Shown here: one piece after another, positions 36,401 to 50,100 of the stretch
Position numbering within the stretch: position 1 is the first letter of the stretch
How the letters are laid out: every line of letters begins with the position of its first letter
Source: Balanoglossus misakiensis
Taxonomy: Eukaryota > Animalia > Hemichordata
Assembly: GCA_040954595.2 (NCBI GenBank)
Contig: CM082582.2
Span: 9,229,483-9,293,482, forward strand
DNA length: 64,000 nt
Reading direction: 5' to 3'
Notes under the pieces: generated by a model
What the model saw: the letters and a program-made list of their open reading frames with translations, nothing else
Database searches by the model: none
What the model was told of the DNA's origin: nothing
Made by a program: the position numbers and the translations under genes

Positions 36401-39400
36401 TTGACATTTCTGGATGATTTTCATGAGCTATAACCCATGGTTTTTATCCAAAAACCACCAAATTTTGAAATTTCGCGATGTCGAAAAATTTACATTTCTG
36501 GATGATTTTCATGAGCTATAACCCATGGTTTTTATCCAAAAACCACCAAATTTTGAAATTTCGCGAAGTCGAAAAATTGACATTTCTGGATGATTTTCAT
36601 GAGCTATAACCCATGGTTTTTATCCAAAAACCACCAAATTTTGAAATTTCGCGAAGTCGAAAAATTGACATTTCTGGATGATTTTCATGAGCTATAACCC
36701 ATGGTTTTTATCCAAAAACCACCAAATTTTGAAATTTCGCGAAGTCGAAAAATTGACATTTCTGGATGATTTTCATGAGCTATAACCCATGGTTTTTATC
36801 CGAAAACCACCAGATTATGAAATTTCGCGAAGTCGAAAAATTGACATTTCTGGATGATTTTCATGAGCTATAACCCATGGTTTTTATCCGAAAACCACCA
36901 AATTTTGAAATTTCGCTAAGTCGAAAAATTGACATTTCTGGATGATTTTCATGAGCTATAACCCATGGTTTTTATCCAAAAACCACCAAATTTTGAAAAT
37001 TCGCGAAATCGAAAAATTGACATTTCTGGATGATTTTCATGAGCTATAACCCATGGTTTTTATCCAAAAACCACCAAATTTTGAAATTTCGAGAAGTCGA
37101 AAAATTGACATTTCTGGATGATTTTCATGAGCTATAACCCATGGTTTTTATCCAAAAACCACCAAATTTTGAAATTTCGCGAAGTCGAAAAATTGACATT
37201 TCTGGATGATTTTCATGAGCTATAACCCATGGTTTTTATCCGAAAACGACCAAATTTTGAAATTTCGCGAAGTCGAAAAATTGACATTTCTGGATGATTT
37301 TCATGAGCTATAACCCATGGTTTTTATCCAAAAACCACCAAATTTTGAAATTTCGCGATGTCGAAAAATTTACATTTCTGGATGATTTTCATGAGCTATA
37401 ACCCATGGTTTTTATCCAAAAACCACCAAATTTTGAAATTTCGCGAAGTCGAAAAATTGACATTTCTGGATGATTTTCATGAGCTATAACCCATGGTTTT
37501 TATCCAAAAACCACCAAATTTTGAAATTTCGCGAAGTCGAAAAATTGACATTTCTGGATGATTTTCATGAGCTATAACCCATGGTTTTTATCCAAAAACC
37601 ACCAAATTTTGAAATTTCGCGAAATCGAAAAATTGACATTTCTGGATGATTTTCATGAGTTATAACCCATGGTTTTTATCCAAAAACCACCAAATTTTGA
37701 AATTTCGAGAAGTCGAAAAATTTACATTTCTGGATGATTTTCATGAGCTATAACCCATGATTTTTATCCAAAAACCACCAAATTTTGAAATTTCGCGAAG
37801 TCGAAAAATTGACATTTCTGGATGATTTTCATGAGCTATAACACATGGTTTTTTTCCAAAAACCACCAAATTTTGAAATTTCGCGATGTCGAAAAATTGA
37901 CATTTCTGGATGATTTTCATGATCTATAACCCATGGTTTTTATCCAAAAACCACCAAATTTTGAAATTTCGCGAAGTCGAAAAATTGACATTTCTGGATG
38001 ATTTTCATGAGCTATAACCCATGGTTTTTATCCAAAAACCACCAAATTTTGAAATTTCACGAAGTCGAAAAATTGACATTTCTGGATGATTTTCATGAGC
38101 TATAACCCATGATTTTTATCCAAAAACCACCAAATTTTGAAATTTCGCGAAGTCGAAAAATTGACATTTCTGGATGATTTTCATGAGCTATAACCCATGG
38201 TTTTTATCCAAAAACCACCAAATTTTGAAATTTCGCGAAGTCGAAAAATTGACATTTCTGGATGATTTTCATGAGCTATAACCCATGGTTTTTATCCGAA
38301 AACCACCAAATTTTGAAATTTCGCGAAGTCGAAAAATTGACATTTCTGGATGATTTTCATGAGCTATAACCCATGGTTTTTATCCGAAAACCACCAAATT
38401 TTGAAAATTCGCGAAGTCGAAAAATTGACATTTCTGGATGATTTTCATGAGCTATAACCCATGGTTTTTATCCAAAAACCACCAAATTTTGAAATTTCGC
38501 GAAGTCGAAAAATTGACATTTCTGGATGATTTTCATGAGCTATAACCCATGGTTTTTATCCAAAAACGACCAAATTTTGAAATTTCGCGAAGTCGAAAAA
38601 TTGACATTTCTGGATGATTTTCATGAGCTATAACCCATGGTTTTTATCCAAAAACCACCAAATTTTGAAATTTCGCGATGTCGAAAAATTGACATTTCTG
38701 GATGATTTTCATGAGCTATAACCCATGGTTTTTATCCAAAAACCACCAAATTTTGAAATTTCGCGATGTCGAAAAATTGACATTTTTGGATGATTTTCAT
38801 GAGCTATAACACATGGTTTTTTTCCAAAAACCACCAAATTTTGAAATTTCGCGATGTCGAAAAATTGACATTTCTGGATGATTTTCATGATCTATAACCC
38901 ATGGTTTTTATCCAAAAACCACCAAATTTTGAAATTTCGCGAAGTCGAAAAATTGACATTTCTGGATGATTTTCATGAGCTATAACCCATGGTTTTTATC
39001 CAAAAACCACCAAATTTTGAAATTTCACGAAGTCGAAAAATTGACATTTCTGGATGATTTTCATGAGCTATAACCCATGATTTTTATCCAAAAACCACCA
39101 AATTTTGAAATTTCGCGAAGTCGAAAAATTGACATTTCTGGATGATTTTCATGAGCTATAACCCATGGTTTTTATCCAAAAACCACCAAATTTTGAAATT
39201 TCGCGAAGTCGAAAAATTGACATTTCTGGATGATTTTCATGAGCAATAACCCATGGTTTTTATCCGAAAACCACCAAATTTTGAAATTTCGCGAAGTCGA
39301 AAAATTGACATTTCTGGATGATTTTCATGAGCTATAACCCATGGTTTTTATCCAAAAACCACCAAATTTTGAAATTTCGCGAAGTCGAAAAATTGACATT

Positions 39401-42400
39401 TCTGGATGATTTTCATGAGCTATAACCCATGGTTTTTATCCGAAAACCACCAAATTTTGAAAATTCGCGAAGTCGAAAAATTGACATTTCTGGATGATTT
39501 TCATGAGCTATAACCCATGGTTTTTATCCAAAAACCACCAAATTTTGAAATTTCGCGAAGTCGAAAAATTGACATTTCTGGATGATTTTCATGAGTTATA
39601 ACCCATGGTTTTTATCCAAAAACCACCAAATTTTGAAATTTCGAGAAGTCGAAAAATTTACATTTCTGGATGATTTTCATGAGCTATAACCCATGATTTT
39701 TATCCAAAAACCACCAAATTTTGAAATTTCGCGAAGTCGAAAAATTTACATTTCTGGATGATTTTCATGAGCTATAACCCATGGTTTTTATCCGAAAACC
39801 ACCAGATTTTGAAATTTCGCGAAATCGAAAAATTGACATTTCTGGATGATTTTCATGAGCTATAACCCATGGTTTTTATCCAAACACCACCAAATTTTGA
39901 AATTTCGCGAAGTCGAAAAATTGACATTTCTGGATGATTTTCATGAGCTATAACCCATGGTTTTTATCCAAAAACCACCAAATTTTTTAAATTTCGCGAA
40001 GTCGAAAAATTGACATTTCTGGATGATTTTCATGAGCTATAACCCATGGTTTTTATCCAAAAACCACCAAATTTTGAAATTTCGAGAAGTCGAAAAATTT
40101 ACATTTCTGGATGATTTTCATGAGCTATAACCCATGATTTTTATCCAAAAACCACCAAAATTTAAAATTTCGCGAAGTCGAAAAATTGACATTTCTGGAT
40201 GATTTTCATGAGCTATAACCCATGGTTTTTATCCAAAAACCACCAAATTTTGAAATTTCGCGAAGTCGAAAAATTGACATTTCTGGATGATTTTCATGAG
40301 CTATAACCCATGGTTTTTATCCGAAAACCATCAAATTTTGAAATTTCGCGAAGTCGAAAAATTGACATTTCTGGATGATTTTCATGAGCTATAACCCATG
40401 GTTTTTATCCAAAAACCACCAAATTTTGAAATTTCGCGATGTCGAAAAATTTACATTTCTGGATGATTTTCATGAGCTATAACCCATGGTTTTTATCCAA
40501 AAACCACCAAATTTTGAAATTTCGCGAAGTCGAAAAATTGACATTTCTGGATGATTTTCATAAGCTATAACCCATGGTTTTTATCCGAAAACCACCAAAT
40601 TTTAAAAATTCGCGAAGTCGAAAAATTGACATTTCTGGATGATTTTCATGAGCTATAACCCATGGTTTTTATCCGAAAACCACCAAATTTTGAAATTTCG
40701 CGAAGTCGAAAAATTGACATTTCTGGATGATTTTCATGAGCTATAACCCATGGTTTTTATCCGAAAACCACCAAATTTTGAAATTTCGCGAAGTCGAAAA
40801 ATTGACATTTCTGGATGATTTTCATAAGCTATAACCCTTGGTTTTTATCCGAAAACAACCAAATTTTAAAAATTCGCGAAGTCGAAAAATTGACATTTCT
40901 GGATGATTTTCATGAGCTATAACCCATGGTTTTTATCCGAAAACCACCAAATTTTGAAATTTCGCTAAGTCGAAAAATTGACATTTCTGGATGATTTTCA
41001 TGAACTATAACCCATGGTTTTTATCCAAAAACCACCAAATTTTGAAAATTCGCGAAATCGAAAAATTGACATTTCTGGATGATTTTCATGAGCTATAACC
41101 CATGGTTTTTATCCAAAAACCACCAAATTTTGAAATTTCGAGAAGTCGAAAAATTGACATTTCTGGATGATTTTCATGAGCTATAACCCATGGTTTTTAT
41201 CCAAAAACCACCAAATTTTGAAATTTCGCGAAGTCGAAAAATTGACATTTCTGGATGATTTTCATGAGCTATAACCCATGGTTTTTATCCGAAAACCACC
41301 AAATTTTGAAATTTCGCGAAGTCGAAAAATTGACATTTCTGGATGATTTTCATGAGCTATAACCCATGGTTTTTATCCAAAAACCACCAAATTTTGAAAT
41401 TTCGCGAAGTCGAAAAATTGACATTTCTGGATGATTTTCATGAGCTATAACCCATGGTTTTTATCCAAAAACCACCAAATTTTGAAATTTCGCGAAGTCG
41501 AAAAATTGACATTTCTGGATGATTTTCATGAGCTATAACCCATGGTTTTTATCCAAAAACCACCAAATTTTGAAATTTCGCGAAGTCGAAAAATTGACAT
41601 TTCTGGATGATTTTCATGAGCTATAACCCATGGTTTTTATCCAAAAACCACCAAATTTTGAAATTTCGCGAAATCGAAAAATTGACATTTCTGGATGATT
41701 TTCATGAGTTATAACCCATGGTTTTTATCCAAAAACCACCAAATTTTGAAATTTCGAGAAGTCGAAAAATTTACATTTCTGGATGATTTTCATGAGCTAT
41801 AACCCATGATTTTTATCCAAAAACCACCAAATTTTGAAATTTCGCGAAGTCGAAAAATTTACATTTCTGGATGATTTTCATGAGCTATAACCCATGGTTT
41901 TTATCCGAAAACCACCAGATTTTGAAATTTCGCGAAATCGAAAAATTGACATTTCTGGATGATTTTCATGAGCTATAACCCATGGTTTTTATCCAAACAC
42001 CACCAAATTTTGAAATTTCGCGAAGTCGAAAAATTGACATTTCTGGATGATTTTCATGAGCTATAACCCATGGTTTTTATCAAAAAACCACCAAATTTTT
42101 TAAATTTCGCGAAGTCGAAAAATTGACATTTCTGGATGATTTTCATGAGCTATAACCCATGGTTTTTATCCAAAAACCACCAAATTTTGAAATTTCGAGA
42201 AGTCGAAAAATTTACATTTCTGGATGATTTTCATGAGCTATAACCCATGATTTTTATCCAAAAACCACCAAAATTTAAAATTTCGCGAAGTCGAAAAATT
42301 GACATTTCTGGATGATTTTCATGAGCTATAACCCATGGTTTTTATCCAAAAACCACCAAATTTTGAAATTTCGCGAAGTCGAAAAATTGACATTTCTGGA

Positions 42401-44108
42401 TGATTTTCATGAGCTATAACCCATGGTTTTTATCCGAAAACCATCAAATTTTGAAATTTCGCGAAGTCGAAAAATTGACATTTCTGGATGATTTTCATGA
42501 GCTATAACCCATGGTTTTTATCCAAAAACCACCAAATTTTGAAATTTCGCGATGTCGAAAAATTTACATTTCTGGATGATTTTCATGAGCTATAACCCAT
42601 GGTTTTTATCCAAAAACCACCAAATTTTGAAATTTCGCGAAGTCGAAAAATTGACATTTCTGGATGATTTTCATAAGCTATAACCCATGGTTTTTATCCG
42701 AAAACCACCAAATTTTAAAAATTCGCGAAGTCGAAAAATTGACATTTCTGGATGATTTTCATGAGCTATAACCCATGGTTTTTATCCGAAAACCACCAAA
42801 TTTTGAAATTTCGCGAAGTCGAAAAATTGACATTTCTGGATGATTTTCATGAGCTATAACCCATGGTTTTTATCCGAAAACCACCAAATTTTGAAATTTC
42901 GCGAAGTCGAAAAATTGACATTTCTGGATGATTTTCATAAGCTATAACCCTTGGTTTTTATCCGAAAACAACCAAATTTTAAAAATTCGCGAAGTCGAAA
43001 AATTGACATTTCTGGATGATTTTCATGAGCTATAACCCATGGTTTTTATCCGAAAACCACCAAATTTTGAAATTTCGCGAAGTCGAAAAATTGACATTTC
43101 TGGATGATTTTCATAAGCTATAACCCATGTTTTTTATCCGAAAACAACCAAATTTTAAAAATTCGCGAAGTCGAAAAATTGACATTTCTGGATGATTTTC
43201 ATGAGCTATAACCCATGGTTTTTATCCGAAAACCACCAAATTTTGAAATTTCGCGAAGTCGAAAAATTGACATTTCTGGATGATTTTCATGAGCTATAAC
43301 CCATGGTTTTTATCCAAAAACCACCAAATTTTGAAATTTTGCGATGTCGAAAAATTGACATTTCTGGATGATTTTCATGAGCTATAACCCATGGTTTTTA
43401 TCCAAAAACCACCAAATTTTGAAATTTCGCGAAGTCGAAAAATTGACATTTCTGGATGATTTTCATGAGCTATAACCCATGGTTTTTATCCAAAAACCAC
43501 CAAATTTTGAAATTTCGCGAAGTCGAAAAATTGACATTTCTGGATGATTTTCATGAGCTATAACCCATGGTTTTTATCCGAAAACCACCAGATTTTGAAA
43601 TTTCGCGAAGTCGAAAAATTGACATTTCTGGATGATTTTCATGAGCTATAACCCATGATTTTTTCAAAAAATGACCAAATTTCAAAAATCCGCAAAGTCG
43701 AAAAATCCTCATTTTTTGACGATTTTCCTGAGCTATAACCCATGGTTTTTTCAAAAAATGACCAAATTTCGAAAATCCGCAAAGTCGAAAAATCCTCATT
43801 TTTTGACGATTTTCCTGAGCTATTACCCATGTTTTTTTCAAAAATTGACCAAATTTCGAAAATCCGCAAAGTCGAAAAATCCTCATTTTTTGACGATTTT
43901 CCTGAGCTATAACCCATGTTTTTTTCAAAAATCGGCCAAATTTTGAAATTCCGCAAAATTCTCATTTTTTGACGATTTTCCTGAGCTATAACCCATGGTT
44001 TTTTCAAAAATCGGCCAAATTTTGAAATTCCGCAAAATTCTCATTTTTTGATGATTTTCCAGAGCTATAAATCATGGTTTTTTCAAAAATCGGCCAAATT
44101 TTGAAATT
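30465..44108 (+). repeat. Satellite array, left arm (about 155 units of 87-88 bp); main monomer TCATGAGCTATAACCCATGGTTTTTATCCAAAAACCACCAAATTTTGAAATTTCGCGAAGTCGAAAAATTGACATTTCTGGATGATTT
   Basis: Direct tandem periodicity of 88 bp (e.g. 33341 to 33429). Zones: variant A (87 bp) ~30465-31920; variant B ~31920-32660; variant C (88 bp) ~32660-43655; variant A again plus 79-bp deleted units ~43655-44100. Confidence 0.97.
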
Positions 44109-47100
44109 TTTCGACTTCTCGAAATTTCAAAATTTGGTGGTTTTTGGATAAAAACCATGGGTTATAGCTCATGAAAATCATCCAGAAATGTCAATTTTTC
44201 GACTTCGCGAAATTTCAAAATTTGGTGGTTTTTGGATAAAAACCATGGGTTATAGCTCATAAAAATCATCCAGAAATGTCAATTTTTCGATTTCGCGAAA
44301 TTTCAAAATTTGGTGGTTTTCGGATAAAAACCATGGGTTATAGCTCATGAAAATCATCCAGAAATGTCAATTTTTCGACTTCGCGAAATTTCAAAATTTG
44401 GTGGTTTTCGGATAAAAACCATGGGTTATAGCTCATGAAAATCATCCAGAAATGTCAATTTTTCGACTTCGCGAAATTTCAAAATCTGGTGGTTTTCGGA
44501 TAAAAACCATGGGTTATAGCTCATGAAAATCATCCAGAAATGTCAATTTTTCGACTTCGCGAAATTTCAAAATTTGGTGGTTTTCGGATAAAAACCATGG
44601 GTTATAGCTCATGAAAATCATCCAGAAATGTCAATTTTTCGACTTCGCGAAATTTCAAAATTTGGTGGTTTTTGGATAAAAACCATGGGTTATAGCTCAT
44701 GAAAATCATCCAGAAATGTCAATTTTTCGACATCGCGAAATTTCAAAATTTGGTGGTTTTTGGATAAAAACCATGGGTTATAGCTCATGAAAATCATCCA
44801 GAAATGTCAATTTTTCGACTTCGCGAATTTTCAAAATTTGGTGGTTTTCGGATAAAAACCATGGGTTATAGCTCATGAAAATCATCCAGAAATGTCAATT
44901 TTTCGACTTCGCGAATTTTCAAAATTTGGTGGTTTTCGGACAAAAACCATGGGTTATAGCTCATGAAAATCATCCAGAAATGTCAATTTTTCGACTTCGC
45001 GAAATTTCAAAATTTGGTGGTTTTCGGATAAAAACCATGGGTTATAGCTCATGAAAATCATCCAGAAATGTCAATTTTTCGACTTCGCGAAATTTCAAAA
45101 ATTTGGTGGTATTTGGATAAAAACCATGGGTTATAGCTCATGAAAATCATCCAGAAATGTCAATTTTTCGACTTCGCGAAATTTCAAAATTTGGTGGTGT
45201 TTGGATAAAAACCATGGGTTATAGCTCATGAAAATCATCCAGAAATGTAAATTTTTCGACTTCGCGAAATTTCAAAATTCGGTGGTTTTTGGATAAAAAC
45301 CATGGGTTATAGCTCATGAAAATCATCCAGAAATGTCAATTTTTCGACTTCGCGAAATTTCAAAATTTGGTGGTTTTTGGATAAAAACCATGGGTTATAG
45401 CTCATGAAAATCATCCAGAAATGTCAATTTTTCGACTTAGCGAAATTTCAAAATTTGGTGGTTTTTGGATAAAAACCATGGGTTATAGCTCATGAAAATC
45501 ATCCAGAAATGTCAATTTTTCGACTTCGCGAAATTTCAAAATTTGGTGGTTTTTGGATAAAAACCATGGGTTATAGCTCATGAAAATCATCCAGAAATGT
45601 CAATTTTTCGACTTAGCGAAATTTCAAAATTTGGTGGTTTTTGGATAAAAACCATGGGTTATAGCTCATGAAAATCATCCAGAAATGTCAATTTTTCGAC
45701 TTCGCGAAATTTCAAAATTTGGTGGTTTTTGGATAAAAACCATGGGTTATAGCTCATGAAAATCATCCAGAAATGTCAATTTTTCGACTTCGCGAAATTT
45801 CAAAATTTGGTGGTTTTTGGATAAAAACCATGGGTTATAGCTCATGAAAATCATCCAGAAATGTCAATTTTTCGACTTCGCGAAATTTCAAAATTTGGTG
45901 GTTTTTGGATAAAAACCATGGGTTATAGCTCATGAAAATCATCCAGAAATGTCAATTTTTCGACTTCGCGAAATTTCAAAATTTGGTGGTTTTTGGATAA
46001 AAACCATGGGTTATAGCTCATGAAAATCATCCAGAAATGTCAATTTTTCGACTTCGCGAAATTTCAAAATTTGGTGGTTTTTGGATAAAAACCATGGGTT
46101 ATAGCTCATGAAAATCATCCAGAAATGTCAATTTTTCGACTTCGCGAAATTTCAAAATTTGGTGGTTTTTGGATAAAAACCATGGGTTATAGCTCATGAA
46201 AATCATCCAGAAATGTCAATTTTTCGACTTCGCGAAATTTCAAAATTTGGTGGTTTTTGGATAAAAACCATGGGTTATAGCTCATGAAAATCATCCAGAA
46301 ATGTCAATTTTTCGACTTCGCGAAATTTCAAAATTTGGTGGTTTTTGGATAAAAACCATGGGTTATAGCTCATGAAAATCATCCAGAAATGTCAATTTTT
46401 CGACTTCGCGAAATTTCAAAATTTGGTGGTTTTTGGATAAAAACCATGGGTTATAGCTCATGAAAATCATCCAGAAATGTCAATTTTTCGACTTCGCGAA
46501 ATTTCAAAATTTGGTGGTTTTTGGATAAAAACCATGGGTTATAGCTCATGAAAATCATCCAGAAATGTCAATTTTTCGACTTCGCGAAATTTCAAAATTT
46601 GGTGGTTTTTGGATAAAAACCATGGGTTATAGCTCATGAAAATCATCCAGAAATGTCAATTTTTCGACATCGCGAAATTTCAAAATTTGGTGGTTTTTGG
46701 ATAAAAACCATGGGTTATAGCTCATGAAAATCATCCAGAAATGTCAATTTTTCGACTTCGCGAAATTTCAAAATTTGGTGGTTTTTGGATAAAAACCATG
46801 GGTTATAGCTCATGAAAATCATCCAGAAATGTCAATTTTTCGACTTCGCGAAATTTCAAAATTTGGTGGTTTTTGGATAAAAACCATGGGTTATAGCTCA
46901 TGAAAATCATCCAGAAATGTCAATTTTTCGACTTCGCGAAATTTCAAAATTTGGTGGTTTTTGGATAAAAACCATGGGTTATAGCTCATGAAAATCATCC
47001 AGAAATGTCAATTTTTCGACTTCGCGAAATTTCAAAATTTGGTGGTTTTTGGATAAAAACCATGGGTTATAGCTCATGAAAATCATCCAGAAATGTCAAT

Positions 47101-50100
47101 TTTTCGACTTCGCGAAATTTCAAAATTTGGTGGTTTTTGGATAAAAACCATGGGTTATAGCTCATGAAAATCATCCAGAAATGTCAATTTTTCGACTTCG
47201 CGAAATTTCAAAATTTGGTGGTTTTTGGATAAAAACCATGGGTTATAGCTCATGAAAATCATCCAGAAATGTCAATTTTTCGACTTCGCGAAATTTCAAA
47301 ATTTGGTGGTTTTTGGATAAAAACCATGGGTTATAGCTCATGAAAATCATCCAGAAATGTCAATTTTTCGACTTAGCGAAATTTCAAAATTTGGTGGTTT
47401 TTGGATAAAAACCATGGGTTATAGCTCATGAAAATCATCCAGAAATGTCAATTTTTCGACTTCGCGAAATTTCAAAATTTGGTGGTTTTTGGATAAAAAC
47501 CATGGGTTATAGCTCATGAAAATCATCCAGAAATGTCAATTTTTCGACTTCGCGAAATTTCAAAATTTGGTGGTTTTTGGATAAAAACCATGGGTTATAG
47601 CTCATGAAAATCATCCAGAAATGTCAATTTTTCGACTTCGCGAAATTTCAAAATTTGGTGGTTTTTGGATAAAAACCATGGGTTATAGCTCATGAAAATC
47701 ATCCAGAAATGTCAATTTTTCGACTTCGCGAAATTTCAAAATTTGGTGGTTTTTGGATAAAAACCATGGGTTATAGCTCATGAAAATCATCCAGAAATGT
47801 CAATTTTTCGACTTCGCGAAATTTCAAAATTTGGTGGTTTTTGGATAAAAACCATGGGTTATAGCTCATGAAAATCATCCAGAAATGTCAATTTTTCGAC
47901 TTCGCGAAATTTCAAAATTTGGTGGTTTTTGGATAAAAACCATGGGTTATAGCTCATGAAAATCATCCAGAAATGTCAATTTTTCGACTTCGCGAAATTT
48001 CAAAATTTGGTGGTTTTTGGATAAAAACCATGGGTTATAGCTCATGAAAATCATCCAGAAATGTCAATTTTTCGACTTCGCGAAATTTCAAAATTTGGTG
48101 GTTTTTGGATAAAAACCATGGGTTATAGCTCATGAAAATCATCCAGAAATGTCAATTTTTCGACTTCGCGAAATTTCAAAATTTGGTGGTTTTTGGATAA
48201 AAACCATGGGTTATAGCTCATGAAAATCATCCAGAAATGTCAATTTTTCGACTTCGCGAAATTTCAAAATTTGGTGGTTTTTGGATAAAAACCATGGGTT
48301 ATAGCTCATGAAAATCATCCAGAAATGTCAATTTTTCGACTTCGCGAAATTTCAAAATTTGGTGGTTTTTGGATAAAAACCATGGGTTATAGCTCATGAA
48401 AATCATCCAGAAATGTCAATTTTTCGACTTCGCGAAATTTCAAAATTTGGTGGTTTTTGGATAAAAACCATGGGTTATAGCTCATGAAAATCATCCAGAA
48501 ATGTCAATTTTTCGACTTCGCGAAATTTCAAAATTTGGTGGTTTTTGGATAAAAATCATGGGTTATAGCTCATGAAAATCATCCAGAAATGTCAATTTTT
48601 CGACTTCGCGAAATTTCAAAATTTGGTGGTTTTTGGATAAAAACCATGGGTTATAGCTCATGAAAATCATCCAGAAATGTCAATTTTTCGACTTCGCGAA
48701 ATTTCATAATTTGGTGGTTTTTGGATAAAAACCATGGGTTATAGCTCATGAAAATCATCCAGAAATGTCAATTTTTCGACTTTGCTGATTTTCGAAATTT
48801 GGTGATTTTTTGAGAAAATCCATGGGTTATAGCTCATGAAAATCACCGAGAAATGACAATGTTTCGACTTTGCGGATTTTCGAAATTTGGTGATTTTTTG
48901 AGAAAAACCATGGGTTATAGCTCATGAAAATCACCCAGAAATGACAATTTTTCGACTTCGCGAAATTTCAAAATTTGGTGGTTTTTGGATAAAAACCATG
49001 GGTTATAGCTCATGAAAATCATCCAGAAATGTCAATTTTTCGACTTCGCGAAATTTCAAAATTTGGTGGTTTTTGGATAAAAACCATGGGTTATAGCTCA
49101 TGAAAATCATCCAGAAATGTCAATTTTTCGACTTCGCGAAATTTCAAAATTTGGTGGTTTTTGGATAAAAACCATGGGTTATAGCTCATGAAAATCATCC
49201 AGAAATGTCAATTTTTCGACTTCGCGAAATTTCAAAATTTGGTGGTTTTTGGATAAAAACCATGGGTTATAGCTCATGAAAATCATCCAGAAATGTCAAT
49301 TTTTCGACTTCGCGAAATTTCAAAATTTGGTGGTTTTTGGATAAAAACCATGGGTTATAGCTCATGAAAATCATCCAGAAATGTCAATTTTTCGACATCG
49401 CGAAATTTCAAAATTTGGTGGTTTTTGGATAAAAACCATGGGTTATAGCTCATGAAAATCATCCAGAAATGTCAATTTTTCGACTTCGCGAAATTTCAAA
49501 ATTTGGTGGTTTTTGGATAAAAACCATGGGTTATAGCTCATGAAAATCATCCAGAAATGTCAATTTTTCGACTTCGCGAAATTTCAAAATTTGGTGGTTT
49601 TTGGATAAAAACCATGGGTTATAGCTCATGAAAATCATCCAGAAATGTCAATTTTTCGACTTCGCGAAATTTCAAAATTTGGTGGTTTTTGGATAAAAAC
49701 CATGGGTTATAGCTCATGAAAATCATCCAGAAATGTCAATTTTTCGACTTCGCGAAATTTCAAAATTTGGTGGTTTTTGGATAAAAACCATGGGTTATAG
49801 CTCATGAAAATCATCCAGAAATGTCAATTTTTCGACTTCGCGAAATTTCAAAATTTGGTGGTTTTTGGATAAAAACCATGGGTTATAGCTCATGAAAATC
49901 ATCCAGAAATGTCAATTTTTCGACTTCGCGAAATTTCAAAATTTGGTGGTTTTTGGATAAAAACCATGGGTTATAGCTCATGAAAATCATCCAGAAATGT
50001 CAATTTTTCGACTTCGCGAAATTTCAAAATTTGGTGGTTTTTGGATAAAAACCATGGGTTATAGCTCATGAAAATCATCCAGAAATGTCAATTTTTCGAC

